Shown here one piece after another: positions 53,324-63,279 of a stretch of 64,000 bases of DNA. How positions within the stretch are numbered: position 1 is the stretch's first letter; the number at the start of each line of letters is the position of its first letter. Origin of the DNA: an uncultured Gemmatimonadales bacterium. GTDB lineage: Bacteria > Gemmatimonadota > Gemmatimonadetes > Gemmatimonadales > Gemmatimonadaceae. The notes under the pieces were generated by a model, which was not told the origin of the DNA, made no database searches, and saw nothing but the letters and a program-made list of their open reading frames with translations. The position numbers were made by a program, and so were the translations under genes. The DNA is taken from positions 1,152,001 to 1,216,000 of the forward strand of contig CAWBZV010000005.1 in NCBI GenBank assembly GCA_963793305.1. The letters are read 5' to 3'.

Positions 53324-53785
53324 TTACCGGCCCGAGTTAGGCGGTGGCACTTTCGGGAAATAGCGGACGCCAGCGATCTGCTCGAAATGCTCGTCCTGCG
53401 TCCACAGTGTCGCACCCTGGAGCCGGGATGTGGCGAGGATGATGCTATCTGCCATCGGCAAGCGCTCGGCGCGGCTGATTTGCGCTGCGGTCAACGCGAC
53501 ATGGGCGTCCAGGTCGATCACCAGACCTTGCATCATCTGAGCGACACCGCGCTGCGCGTACGCGCGGCCACGCTCCGCATCGAGGCGTTTGTAGACTTCG
53601 TACAAGGTGATCGACGGCACGACCAACCGAGCGACGGCCTCGATCGCCGCCGCGAAGCGATTCGCGTTCGGCGCGTCGGCGAAGTACTCGAGCCATCCGG
53701 ATGAGTCGACCACATTCCGGCCGGGAGCGCCGGCGGCTGCCGCGAGCGGCTTCCGTCGCGCGCGAGGCCGAACAGGCTTAGACAC
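53324..53785 (-). CDS. VapC family PIN toxin
   Basis: NVVDSSGWLEYF, LYEV, LPMADSIILAT, LWTQDEHF. Confidence 0.9.
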   Translation of the reverse strand: MSKPVRPRARRKPLAAAAGAPGRNVVDSSGWLEYFADAPNANRFAAAIEAVARLVVPSITLYEVYKRLDAERGRAYAQRGVAQMMQGLVIDLDAHVALTAAQISRAERLPMADSIILATSRLQGATLWTQDEHFEQIAGVRYFPKVPPPNSGR

Positions 53786-53984
53786 GGTCGTCGTCGCGCT
53801 CGACCGTCGTGTCGATCCCGCGCGCGAACCCTCGCATGGCGCGCATCGGACGGATTGGGACGAACTGTACGGCATCCCCGACAATGAGCGCTTGGAGCTT
53901 ATCGCCCGGGCGCCAGGCCAGCGTCTCCCGGACGTGTCGGGGAATGACGACTTGGAACTTGGGGGAAAGCGTAACGGCGTCCAT
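53778..53984 (-). CDS. AbrB/MazE family antitoxin
   Basis: VTLSPKFQVVIPRHVRE. Confidence 0.9.
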   Translation of the reverse strand: MDAVTLSPKFQVVIPRHVRETLAWRPGDKLQALIVGDAVQFVPIRPMRAMRGFARGIDTTVERDDDRV

Positions 53985-54088
53985 GTGATTCTCGAGGGGA
54001 AGGTCAATGCTGTATTACGTTATGTCAATCTATCAGGAAATCGTCATACGATCAAACCGCTGACCTACGCGCCCAGGAGAAAGAATCG

Positions 54089-54784
54089 GTGTCGTTCCAG
54101 TTCTTCCCGACCGCCTTCCGACCGATCTCGTTGACAGCTGCCGGGCGTCGTGCGGTGCGCGAACGAGGGTACGCACCATTTATCGACGGCTCCTGCCGCC
54201 GAGAGCCGGATTTTGAGGCTCGGTTTCCCGCGATCACCGCGTTATGTCGACCAGGGTTTGCTCCTCGCGTCAACGAAGGCGACAGCGTTGCGTATTTTAC
54301 CGTCTCTGGACGATTTCCCACGCCGCGGCACCCGAAGGGACACTATCTGGTAGCAGTGTTGCGGGTTGAGTGTCGCTTGGAGTCGCACGCGGCGGCCGCC
54401 CAATGGTATCGCGAACGATCTCTGCGTTTGCCGAGCAACTGCCTGGTAGCCGGAAATCCGCCGATTCCTTACGATTGTACGAACCAACTGCTGTCGAAGG
54501 AGCTTAGGTCCAGACTACGTGAGAATCCCGATGTGGATGACGATAGGATCGTGCGATTGTGGGACAGGGGCTACGCGAAGCGGGCGGAGGACTGTGGCGT
54601 CATGCTCGTCTGCAGATCGGAGTATCTAGCGCTCACGTCGCCTCCGTTGTATTCGGTGGAGCGCATGGCAACCGTGTTCGGTAGACTCCCTGGGTTGCAA
54701 AACCCGCCCAAGATGAGGACCGGGGAGTACGAGGCTTTAATGGCCTCGGTGAAGGAGGCGCACGTTGCGCCGCTCGAGTCATGA
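54089..54784 (+). CDS. Hypothetical protein, Nmad2-like (tentative)
   Basis: FIDGSCRREPD, ITALCRPGFAPRVNEGDSVAYFT resembles the Nmad2 TLxxCKP..R...GD segment. Confidence 0.5.
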   Translation: MSFQFFPTAFRPISLTAAGRRAVRERGYAPFIDGSCRREPDFEARFPAITALCRPGFAPRVNEGDSVAYFTVSGRFPTPRHPKGHYLVAVLRVECRLESHAAAAQWYRERSLRLPSNCLVAGNPPIPYDCTNQLLSKELRSRLRENPDVDDDRIVRLWDRGYAKRAEDCGVMLVCRSEYLALTSPPLYSVERMATVFGRLPGLQNPPKMRTGEYEALMASVKEAHVAPLES

Positions 54785-55575
54785 CTTTGCCACCGACCAA
54801 CCATTGGTTCGCGCCGGGAGTGCCGGCTGAGCGAGTGCGAGCATGCTACGACAGGGCCGCCGGCAATGAAATGAGCAGTGGGAAGTTCGATAACCCGGAG
54901 TCGTCGGCTGCGTTGGTCGCAAACGCATTCGGGTTCTTTCTCGACAGGCCATGGGATCTGCCGCCGCTTCCATGCGGCCAAGTCCAGAACTGGTCCGCGC
55001 GGTCAGTTGATCTGGAAGTGGTGCTGGCATTCCCATGGCGCGGTGGACGTTGACCCTGGGTCGATGTGTTGATTGAAACCGCTTCCGAGGTAATCGGTGT
55101 GGAGTCGAAACGCTACGAGCCATATCGTACTCCGAAAGTGCCGCAACTATCGAACGCCTACTGGCGTTCGGTGTGGGGGGCGCGCATGGCCGGCTACGAG
55201 TCCATCCGCGATCAGCTGAGCGAGGTCCGGTCAGACGGTCCGCCGGTGTATAGGCACCTGGACGGTGCTCAACTGGTCAAGCATGCGCTTGGCCTTCGCA
55301 CGAGCGTGTACCGGGATGCCAAGTGGCGAGGCAAGCGACCGGTTCTTTGCTACGTCTACGCTGAGCCGCTGAAGTGGTCCGACGGCCGTCCGCTGGACAC
55401 ACGGAGTGTCGCGAACCATCGTCGGGAAATCGCGACTTTCGCGGCTGCCGTGGCTGGGAACGAGGTCGAGTTCTGCGCTTGTTCGTACGCTGAGATTCTG
55501 TCCGTGTGGAGTGCGGACACCCGTGATGATATCCGTGCCCACGCTGTGAACATCAGCGGCCGGTTCATGACGTAG
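54781..55575 (+). pseudogene. PD-(D/E)XK nuclease (PGN_0703-like) with in-frame TGA at 55051
   Basis: GNEMSSGKFDNPESSAALVANAF, GGR*PWVDV, IGVESKRYE, HLDGAQLVKH, YVYAEP all in one frame. Confidence 0.65.
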
Positions 55576-55690
55576 ACGGTCCGATGCCCTAGTGATTCCT
55601 TGGTGATCGCCCGATGAGCGGATGCTCGTACAATCCCCTCGCACCATCGATCTCGATCTTTTGCACCACCATTTCACTAGGTATCGAGCA

Positions 55691-55894
55691 ATGGCACAGG
55701 GAACAGTCCAGTGGTTCAACGCCGAGAAGGGCTTCGGGTTCGTCGCGCCCGATGGTGGAGGGCAGGGAGTCTTCGTCCACTACACCGCCATCACCGCTGC
55801 CGGTTACAGAAGCCTCGAAGAGGGTCAGCGAGTCGAATTTGACATGATGCAGGGCAACAAGGGGCCGATGGCCGAGAAGGTATGGCTCCTCTAG
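55691..55894 (+). CDS. Cold-shock protein
   Basis: [28 protein letters not shown]. Confidence 0.93.
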   Translation: MAQGTVQWFNAEKGFGFVAPDGGGQGVFVHYTAITAAGYRSLEEGQRVEFDMMQGNKGPMAEKVWLL

Positions 55895-55922
55895 CGCGCG
55901 TTACACACATTACCTCGAGCCG

Positions 55923-56558
55923 TCAGTCGGAGTGACCCGCCGCTGACGGCCCGAGGTAGGCCCTTTCATGAGCGACCTTGGGTCGGTGGACGCGGGGCGG
56001 GGGCTTACGCAACTGGTGCCGAATGCGGAATCCGATCGCCACGGCTACACATACGATGCACGCCTCGACGAACACTTTCTCGCCATCGAGCGGATCGATC
56101 GGCTGATCCTTGAGAGCAGGGTCGGTCAATAGGCTGTGGACCGCGTACAGAGGGAACAGCGCATAGGTCAGGAGATGCAGCCGCTTCCACACGCGCCGAC
56201 TCAACGCCCGCTGCTCTTGCCAAAGGATCGACGTCGTAATTACGAACAGCAAGAGCCAGAACGCGACCGCGCCGAACATGTTCACGACCGGCTGTTTTGG
56301 CGCCTCGAGCGGCCAAAGCAAATCCACGACCCCGAACTTGGGCGAAGCGACGAAGAGTAAAATGACGGGGTGCACGAAGCTGACCGCGAGCGCGGTGTAT
56401 CCCGTCCAGTTGTGCAGGCGGACGGTGTTGATCCGGCGATGCGGCCACCGGCGCACCGGGTTGTATTTCACCGACAGCAACAATCCCAGCAGGATATTGA
56501 GCGTCAGCAGGCCAATGGCGCAAAGGCCTGCGTCGTTTGACAGATCGAGTGCGCTCAC
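55923..56558 (-). CDS. Ferric reductase-like transmembrane protein
   Basis: LHNWTG, VHP, WKRLHLLTY, VHS: His pairs in TM helices. Confidence 0.75.
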   Translation of the reverse strand: MSALDLSNDAGLCAIGLLTLNILLGLLLSVKYNPVRRWPHRRINTVRLHNWTGYTALAVSFVHPVILLFVASPKFGVVDLLWPLEAPKQPVVNMFGAVAFWLLLFVITTSILWQEQRALSRRVWKRLHLLTYALFPLYAVHSLLTDPALKDQPIDPLDGEKVFVEACIVCVAVAIGFRIRHQLRKPPPRVHRPKVAHERAYLGPSAAGHSD

Positions 56559-58984
56559 TCCGCGCGCAACGCGTCGTTTGGTGCAGCACGCATCGCGCTC
56601 CGCGCCGGCACGTAGACGGCCGCGGCCGCAATCGCCGCCATGAGCACCGGGATCACGCTGAACGTCACGGCGTCCGTCGCACTCACGCCGAACAAGAGGC
56701 CGGACATGAGACGCGTCAGCGCGAACGCGCCAGCGAGTCCAGCGGCCACGCCGACGCCGACGGTGACGCCGAACTCGTGGGCGATGAGGCCGAAGATCAT
56801 CGCCCGATCGGCGCCCAGCGCCATGCGGATGCCGATCTCGCGGCGGCGCTGGCCCACCCAATAGGCGATCGTGCCGTACACGCCAACGGCCGCGAGGAAG
56901 AGCGCGGCGACCGCGAATGTCGTGAGGAGCAGCATCGAGAGGCGCCGCCGCGCGAACGAGTCGACCAATCGTTGCTCCATCGTGCTGACATCGTACGCCG
57001 GCAGCTCCGGATCCAGGGCGCGCACGTCGCCCAGCACGGCGTTCGTGAGACGCGACACGTCGCGGAGCGCGGTGTGCGTACGCACGACAACGAACCGGCT
57101 GCCGATCGTGTATTGCTCGACCGGGAAATAGGCCGTGATCGGCGGCGCAACCTCGGCCTGGTACTGGCGCGCGTCGCGCACGACGCCGACCACCGTGCGC
57201 CACGGCCCGTCGGCTCGTTGACGCAGCCGCTTGCCGATCGCGCCGTCCGGCCAGAATCGCGCCGCCAGTGCCTCGTCGACGATGACGACCGGCGGCGACT
57301 GTTGGTTGTCGTGCGCGCCGAAGAACCGCCCCTGCACGAGCGGCATGCCCATCGCGCGGAAATAATCGGGACTCACGTACCCGCTGCTCGTGATGACGAT
57401 GTCGCCCCCGGCGGCCTTGGGTACGTAGCCTTCGATCCTGACATCTTCCCACGCCAGCGACACGGAGCTCAACGGCAGTTGGTAGTTGCTGCCGACGAGC
57501 TCGACGCCAGGGAGCGCGGTCAGCTTTTCGTCCAGCGCTCGATAGAAATTCGTCACGGATTCCGGTGTCGTATATCGCGCGGCGGGTAGCGATAGGCGGA
57601 ACGACAACGTATTCCGCGGGTCGAAGCCCGGATCGGCGCGCAGCACGCGCGCATAGCTCCGGACCAGGAGCCCCGCGCCGATGAGCAAGATGACCGAGAA
57701 CGCGACTTCGACAGTGATCAGCGTACCGCGCGTGCGCGACCGGTCGATGGTCGACCCCCGTGTCCCTTCCTTGAGCACGCTACTCGCATCGACGTGGGAG
57801 GCGCGCAGCGCGGGAGCGAGCCCGAAGAGGAGCGTGCTGGCCACAGAGACCGCGAACGTGAACGCGAGCACCGTGACGTCGATGTGGATCGCGTCGAGGC
57901 GCGGGATGCCGGCGGGACCGGCATGGCGCAGCAACCAGAGGCTCCCGAGCGCCACCCCGAATCCGAGCACGCCGCCCGCCAGCGCCAGGGTCAGGTTCTC
58001 GGCGGCCAGCTGAGCGATGAGGCGCCGCCGGCTCGCGCCGATCGCTGCCCGGACAGCGAGCTCCTTCTCGCGTACCGTCGCGCGCGAGATGAGGAGGCCG
58101 GCGACGTTGCTGCAGGCGATCGCCAGCAGCACCGCGACGGCGCCCAAGAGAACGTAGAGCGCGAGGCGCGTATCGCCGACCACTTGGTCGATGAGCGGCA
58201 CGACGCTGATCGTGAGGCCGCTGTTCGCCGGATAGAACGCTGGATACTCTTGCTTCATCCGCGCGGCGATCGTCTCCATCTCGGCCTGCGCCGACGCCTT
58301 GGAGACGCCGGGTTTGAGTGACGCGAAGATATTGTAGTCTTCGCCGTCGCGGTTGGTCCGCGCGCTCGCCGGCACCGGGAGCGGGAGGATGAGCTCGATG
58401 CGCTGCACGCTGTTGACCGCTGGCATCACGTCCTTATCGAACACGAAATCCGGCGATAGGACGCCCACGATCGCGACGCTGTTGCCGCTCAGCGTCAACG
58501 TCTTGTCAATGACACTGGGGTCGCCGCCGAAGCGCCGCTGCCAGAATCCGTACGTCAGCACGACGCCGAGCGGCCGGCCCGGCTCGTCGTCTTCGGCCGT
58601 GAACAGGTGACCGAGCACCGCGTGCGCGCCGAGCATGGAGAGGAGCGCGGACGACATGCGGACGCCGTCGATGCGCTCCGGTGCGCCGTTGCCGGTCATG
58701 TTGAAGCTCGCGCCGATCGCGGCCGCGACGCGGTCGAACGCCGTATTCTCAGCCTTGATATCGAGATATTGCCCGAGCGAGAGCCAGTCGCGCGGGACGC
58801 CGAGGCCAGGCGACCGCTGCCACAGCATCGCCAGACGCTCGGCGTGCGGATATGGCAGCGGACGGAGCAGGAGCGCGTTCGCGACGCCGAAGATCGCGCT
58901 GGTGGCCCCGATGCCGATCGTGAGCGACAGAAGCGCCGCGATCGTGAAGCCCGGGGCTTTGACGAGAGTGCGGAGGCTGTTCAC
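56555..58984 (-). CDS. Duplicated ABC permease (ADOP-like)
   Basis: LLRPLPYP, IACSNVAGL, DPGFDP, RRREIGIRMALGA. Confidence 0.88.
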   Translation of the reverse strand: MNSLRTLVKAPGFTIAALLSLTIGIGATSAIFGVANALLLRPLPYPHAERLAMLWQRSPGLGVPRDWLSLGQYLDIKAENTAFDRVAAAIGASFNMTGNGAPERIDGVRMSSALLSMLGAHAVLGHLFTAEDDEPGRPLGVVLTYGFWQRRFGGDPSVIDKTLTLSGNSVAIVGVLSPDFVFDKDVMPAVNSVQRIELILPLPVPASARTNRDGEDYNIFASLKPGVSKASAQAEMETIAARMKQEYPAFYPANSGLTISVVPLIDQVVGDTRLALYVLLGAVAVLLAIACSNVAGLLISRATVREKELAVRAAIGASRRRLIAQLAAENLTLALAGGVLGFGVALGSLWLLRHAGPAGIPRLDAIHIDVTVLAFTFAVSVASTLLFGLAPALRASHVDASSVLKEGTRGSTIDRSRTRGTLITVEVAFSVILLIGAGLLVRSYARVLRADPGFDPRNTLSFRLSLPAARYTTPESVTNFYRALDEKLTALPGVELVGSNYQLPLSSVSLAWEDVRIEGYVPKAAGGDIVITSSGYVSPDYFRAMGMPLVQGRFFGAHDNQQSPPVVIVDEALAARFWPDGAIGKRLRQRADGPWRTVVGVVRDARQYQAEVAPPITAYFPVEQYTIGSRFVVVRTHTALRDVSRLTNAVLGDVRALDPELPAYDVSTMEQRLVDSFARRRLSMLLLTTFAVAALFLAAVGVYGTIAYWVGQRRREIGIRMALGADRAMIFGLIAHEFGVTVGVGVAAGLAGAFALTRLMSGLLFGVSATDAVTFSVIPVLMAAIAAAAVYVPARSAMRAAPNDALRAE

Positions 58985-59082
58985 GCGTAGAACATAATCA
59001 GCAGACGGCTGGCAGACACGAGAGTGACGCCGCGCGTTTATGGTGCCCCGCATTCATACCATTCACGAAGCGGAGCACAAAC

Positions 59083-59640
59083 ATGACATTGACCACCATG
59101 TGGACCCACGGCAATTCACTCGTCGTCGAAGACCCGGGCGAGTACGAGTACATCAGGCACCGAGGGTACGGCACACTGCTCAAGTACAACGCAGGGACGA
59201 GTTCGCTCGATGACCTTCGGGTCTGTCACATCCCGATTCCGACCCCGCAGACCGTCGATGGCGCCTCACCGGTCGTCGCCAAGATCACGGTACTGTTCCA
59301 AACCGATGCCAACGCGCCTTTCGTCGCACCCAGCCAAGGTATTGCGGGCGTCGTGCGGGTCCAGAAAATCGATGTGTGGGATGGCCCGACGCTAGTGACC
59401 ACGTTTCAGCCGAACGACTGGCTTGGGTCACATTTGTCGCCGGACGGAGTCAATCAGCTGGCAGTGCCGCCGACTCCGGTTCATACCGGTATCGGCGTGT
59501 CGCTCTTTTGCAGCGTCGCTGGCGATGAAGACCCGTCTGAATGGTTCTTGATCGTTGGCGGCGTCGCCGCGGATTTCGTCTATCCCAATCCGCCGCTAGT
59601 GGGTCGCCAGTTCGAGACGGAGCGCGTCAAGGGCCACTAG
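59083..59640 (+). CDS. Hypothetical beta-rich protein (DUF6623-like, tentative)
   Basis: MWTHGNS, HIPIPTP, IDVWDG, GIGVS; GGAG SD. Confidence 0.5.
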   Translation: MTLTTMWTHGNSLVVEDPGEYEYIRHRGYGTLLKYNAGTSSLDDLRVCHIPIPTPQTVDGASPVVAKITVLFQTDANAPFVAPSQGIAGVVRVQKIDVWDGPTLVTTFQPNDWLGSHLSPDGVNQLAVPPTPVHTGIGVSLFCSVAGDEDPSEWFLIVGGVAADFVYPNPPLVGRQFETERVKGH

Positions 59641-59933
59641 TCCTCTGGCTGATAGTACGACGCGATGCCCCATTGTACGAATCGCTCGCCCAGCGTGACG
59701 CGATGCCGGAAGCCGAGGTGCTCGAGCGCCAGATTATCGGTCAGGCGCTTGAGCACCACCAGCAGCCGCTCCGGCGGCACATTGGTCGCTCGCGCTTGAG
59801 CCGCTAACGCAGCGGCCGCTTGCTGGAGGTGGGGCGCTTCGCGGTCGCCCTCTCGTAGGGCGAGAAAGTCGGCGTGCAAGGCGCTCACCCTTCCGCGCAG
59901 CGCGCCGCGTGCCACATTCCGCCGTTTATCCAT
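59637..59933 (-). CDS. Small hypothetical protein
   Basis: ARATNVPPERLLVVLK...IASYY pattern, recalled as common in Gemmatimonadota. Confidence 0.5.
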   Translation of the reverse strand: MDKRRNVARGALRGRVSALHADFLALREGDREAPHLQQAAAALAAQARATNVPPERLLVVLKRLTDNLALEHLGFRHRVTLGERFVQWGIASYYQPED

Positions 59934-60063
59934 GACGACACCCACGAGGTTCGGGCTGCACTGAGGCCGCGGCGCGACCCAACCGCGATACAAATAGAAG
60001 CACGTTCCGAGCCGTACTTTTGTTTGCTGGGCACGCTCTCTGCGAAAGATCGCGTAAATGTCG

Positions 60064-60747
60064 TGCGCAAATTGAGCGCTCGAGACGACCGCAAAAGGCC
60101 TGGCGCCCTGCGGTGGCTCGCGCGCCTGGGGCCGGGGCTGATTACCGGAGCGGCGGACGACGATCCGTCCGGCATCGCGACCTACTCGCAAGCCGGAGCC
60201 GCGTACGGGTTCGGACTGCTCTGGACGGCGCTCTTTTCGCTCCCCCTCATGATCGCCGTGCAGCTCATGTGCGCGCGCATCGGCCTCGTCGGCCTCGTCG
60301 GGCGACGCGGGCTCGGCAGCGTGCTGCGCGAGTTCCACCCGCCGTGGGTCCTCGGCGCTCCTCGTGCTCGCGTCGTACGCGCGGCTGATCCGGATATTCA
60401 AGTGGATGACCCTGACGCTCCTCGCGTACGTCGTGACGGCTTTCGTCGTGCACCCCGACTGGGGGCGCCTGCTGCGCGAGACGATCGTGCCGCACATCGT
60501 CATCCTGACGACTGGTGCGACGCTCCACGCGAGCGGCCATACGCACATCGAGACCGCGGCGGAGGCTGCCGCGGCGCTCCAGCCGTTGGCTGGAGGAGCC
60601 GCGGGGTTGCTATTCGCCCTCGGCGTCATTGGGACGGGCCTGATTGGCGTTCCCGTACTCGCGGGTTCGGCGGCGTACGCCGTCGTCGCCGCCCTCGTCA
60701 TGACGACGGCGGCCGTGGCTTTGGTGTGGATCGCGATTGCGCCGTGA
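60064..60747 (+). pseudogene. Nramp/MntH-like divalent metal transporter remnant
   Basis: LGPGLITGAADDDPSGIATYSQAG; later motifs in a second frame with large gaps. Confidence 0.8.
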
Positions 60748-61291
60748 GAGACTCCGTACGCCGACTGCGCGCAGGCGGTCGAGGGACTTCCGCCTCCTCA
60801 CCCGTGTCCGCTTTCATATTGATGGATCGCACGGCAAGTTGTGAGAGCAACTGGTCGGCCTTCCGTTCCTCGTCGAGCGTCTGTTGCAGCAACTGCGCGT
60901 GCTCGGGATATCCGAGTTGCTCGGCCCAGGTGCGAACACTGCCGTACCCCGCCATCTCGTAGTGCTCGACGTGCTGCGCGGCCGAGATCAGCCCGGCATC
61001 GAGCACCGGCGGCTCGGGCGCTTCCTTGATGAGCTCAGCGCCCTCTTCGATCACTCCTTCCATCCCGTGGCATTTCTTGCCCAGCGGACTCGAGCCGAGA
61101 TCGGCGAAGATCTGCTCGAGGCGTTGCACATGACCCTCGGTCTGCTCACGATGCGTCTCGAATGCATGCTTGAGACGTTCGTCGGTCGCGGCTTTGATCA
61201 TTTTGGGAAGGGCTTTCAAGATCTGCTGCTCAGCGCTGTGCAGATCCTTGAGCTCCTCCACGTACAGTTTGGCGAGTGTGGTGGGTGGCAT
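60698..61291 (-). CDS. Ferritin-like YciE/YciF (DUF892) protein
   Basis: ELKDLHSAEQQ, HREQTEGHVQRL, QHVEHYEMAGYG, TLDEE. Confidence 0.9.
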   Translation of the reverse strand: MPPTTLAKLYVEELKDLHSAEQQILKALPKMIKAATDERLKHAFETHREQTEGHVQRLEQIFADLGSSPLGKKCHGMEGVIEEGAELIKEAPEPPVLDAGLISAAQHVEHYEMAGYGSVRTWAEQLGYPEHAQLLQQTLDEERKADQLLSQLAVRSINMKADTGEEAEVPRPPARSRRTESLTAQSRSTPKPRPPSS

Positions 61292-61407
61292 TGGTGTCCT
61301 CCGAGTGTGATGATCTCTTAGAGACAGAGATGCCAATGCAAGCCATGATCCGCCTGGCGCGACCTCGGCAGTGTGGGATGGGCACGCGACGTGCCTAGTG
61401 TGTGTGC

Positions 61408-61596
61408 ATGAAACCACTCTTCCCGCTCATCGTTCTCCTGTGCGTGGCGTGCACCCCAGGTGAGGGCCGCAACGCGGAGAAAACCAGTACGGACACCGTT
61501 GTCACTCCCACACACGCAACGGATACGACCGTCGTTCAGAAGAAAGTCGACGTGAAGGTCGATACGCTGAAGAAGACGAAAAACGCGCCGCACTGA
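61408..61596 (+). CDS. Small lipoprotein
   Basis: Signal ending CVAC; DTVV/DTTVV repeats. Confidence 0.55.
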   Translation: MKPLFPLIVLLCVACTPGEGRNAEKTSTDTVVTPTHATDTTVVQKKVDVKVDTLKKTKNAPH

Positions 61597-61674
61597 TCGC
61601 GCGACCTATATTGAGGGGAGGAGTACGGATCGCCGCGGGTTAAGGCCCGCAATCAAGGGACAACGTAGAGGGAC

Positions 61675-63216
61675 ATGGGCGAGCACGCGCTCGTGAAGCC
61701 CGAAGTGCCTCGGATGGGCGAGCCGGTTACGCTCGCTGCGGTGCGCGCGCGCATCGCCGATCGATTTGGCCTCGTGCCATCGTTCTTCATGACGGCTCGG
61801 GTCGAGCCGCCGATCATCGAGTCGATGTTCTCGATGGTGGAGTTCGCATACTTCGATTCGCCGTTGCCCGCGCTCTTCAAAGAGCGCCTCTTCGTGTACG
61901 TCTCGCGTTTCTGCGCGGTGCCGTACTGCATGGCCCGCCACTGTGGCTTTCTCGTTGGCTGTGGCAACGTGTCCGGGGACCCGGATGCCGACGGCATTGC
62001 GGTGGTGGAGGCGGTGGCGCTACTCCAGACGCCGTTCCCCGACGTGGCGGGACGGGACGGCCTACTCCACGCGTTGCGCGCTGTCCCCGGCGTGCTGGAG
62101 CGCTGGCCCGACCCGACCTCGGCGCTGAGCGAAACGGTTCTCTTCGCCGCCGCGGTCATTTTTGTCATGCCGCAGGAGCACAAGCCCTTGCTCGCGGAGC
62201 TCGAGCGCGTCCTTGGCGCGCGGCTCCACAACTATCTCATGCTGTTCCTCGGCTTCATACGCTTCGCGCACTTCTGGACGGAGTCGCATCCCCAGCTGCG
62301 AGCGGAAGACGACCTCGATCAACTGCTGTCCGAGCAGCGCGCGTTGGCCGAGTGGGTGACGAACTATTCGGCTCAGGTTGAGAGGGAGGTTGCGCAAGCG
62401 AGAGCCGAGTTGCGCGAAGTAGAATTGCTGCGCGCGCGAGCCGCGAAAAGTGAACGAGACGTAGTCGACTTACGGGAGGAGGTCACCGCGCGGACCCGGG
62501 ATGCCCAGGTCGCGCTCGCCGACAGTCGAGCCAAGGGAACGTACATGACGACGCTCAGCCACGAACTGCGCACGCCATTGAACGCCGTCGTGGGTTACAC
62601 CGAGCTGTTGGAGGCCGGGCTCGGTGGTACGTTGGATGAGAAAGGCCTCGCGTACCTCGCGCGCATCAAAGCCACCGCGCGACAGCAGCAACAGATCATC
62701 GAGGAGATCTTATCGTTCGCGCGCCTCGAGGGCGGGCGTGAGACGGTCCATACTGAAGTGTGCGCGATGGACGCGCTCGTCAACGAGCTCCAAGCCGTCA
62801 TCACGCCGTTGGCGGAGGCGCGCGGCCTCGCATTTACGACCAGGATCGCGAATGCTCCCGCGACGTTCATCGCCGATGCGGGCAAAGTGCGTCAGATCCT
62901 GATCAACCTCCTTGGAAACGCGGTGAAGTTCACGCCCGCTGGGACGGTCGATCTCCACGTTGCGACATCGCACGACGCCCTCGTGTTCAGCGTGACTGAT
63001 ACCGGCCTAGGCATTCCGCCGAGGGACCGCGAGCGGATCTTCGAGCCCTTCACGCAGCTCGACGAAGGCAAGACGCGCGAGTACGGTGGCACGGGGCTCG
63101 GGCTCGCTATCACCAAGCGGCTCGTCGAGTTGCTGTACGGCGACATCCGCGTCCACGCGCGGGACGGAGGCGGATCCACTTTTATTGTTGCGCTCCCATA
63201 TCAACGCGCGCCATGA
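61675..63216 (+). CDS. Cytoplasmic sensor histidine kinase with AhpD/CMD-like N-terminal domain
   Basis: SHELRTPLNA, NLLGNAVKFT, DTGLGI, GGTGLGL; N-terminal KERLFVYVSRFCAVPYCMARH. Confidence 0.88.
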   Translation: MGEHALVKPEVPRMGEPVTLAAVRARIADRFGLVPSFFMTARVEPPIIESMFSMVEFAYFDSPLPALFKERLFVYVSRFCAVPYCMARHCGFLVGCGNVSGDPDADGIAVVEAVALLQTPFPDVAGRDGLLHALRAVPGVLERWPDPTSALSETVLFAAAVIFVMPQEHKPLLAELERVLGARLHNYLMLFLGFIRFAHFWTESHPQLRAEDDLDQLLSEQRALAEWVTNYSAQVEREVAQARAELREVELLRARAAKSERDVVDLREEVTARTRDAQVALADSRAKGTYMTTLSHELRTPLNAVVGYTELLEAGLGGTLDEKGLAYLARIKATARQQQQIIEEILSFARLEGGRETVHTEVCAMDALVNELQAVITPLAEARGLAFTTRIANAPATFIADAGKVRQILINLLGNAVKFTPAGTVDLHVATSHDALVFSVTDTGLGIPPRDRERIFEPFTQLDEGKTREYGGTGLGLAITKRLVELLYGDIRVHARDGGGSTFIVALPYQRAP

Positions 63217-63279
63217 ACTGGTTGGCACACTGGTTGCCTTTGATGGCCATTCTCAAAGGCGACATTCTCCAAAGGAGCA

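Noticed and set aside
54003..54030. dif/XerCD site (TTATGTCAATC)
   Set aside because: Only the XerD-like arm matches; better read as a minus-strand TTGACA promoter element for abrB-vapC.
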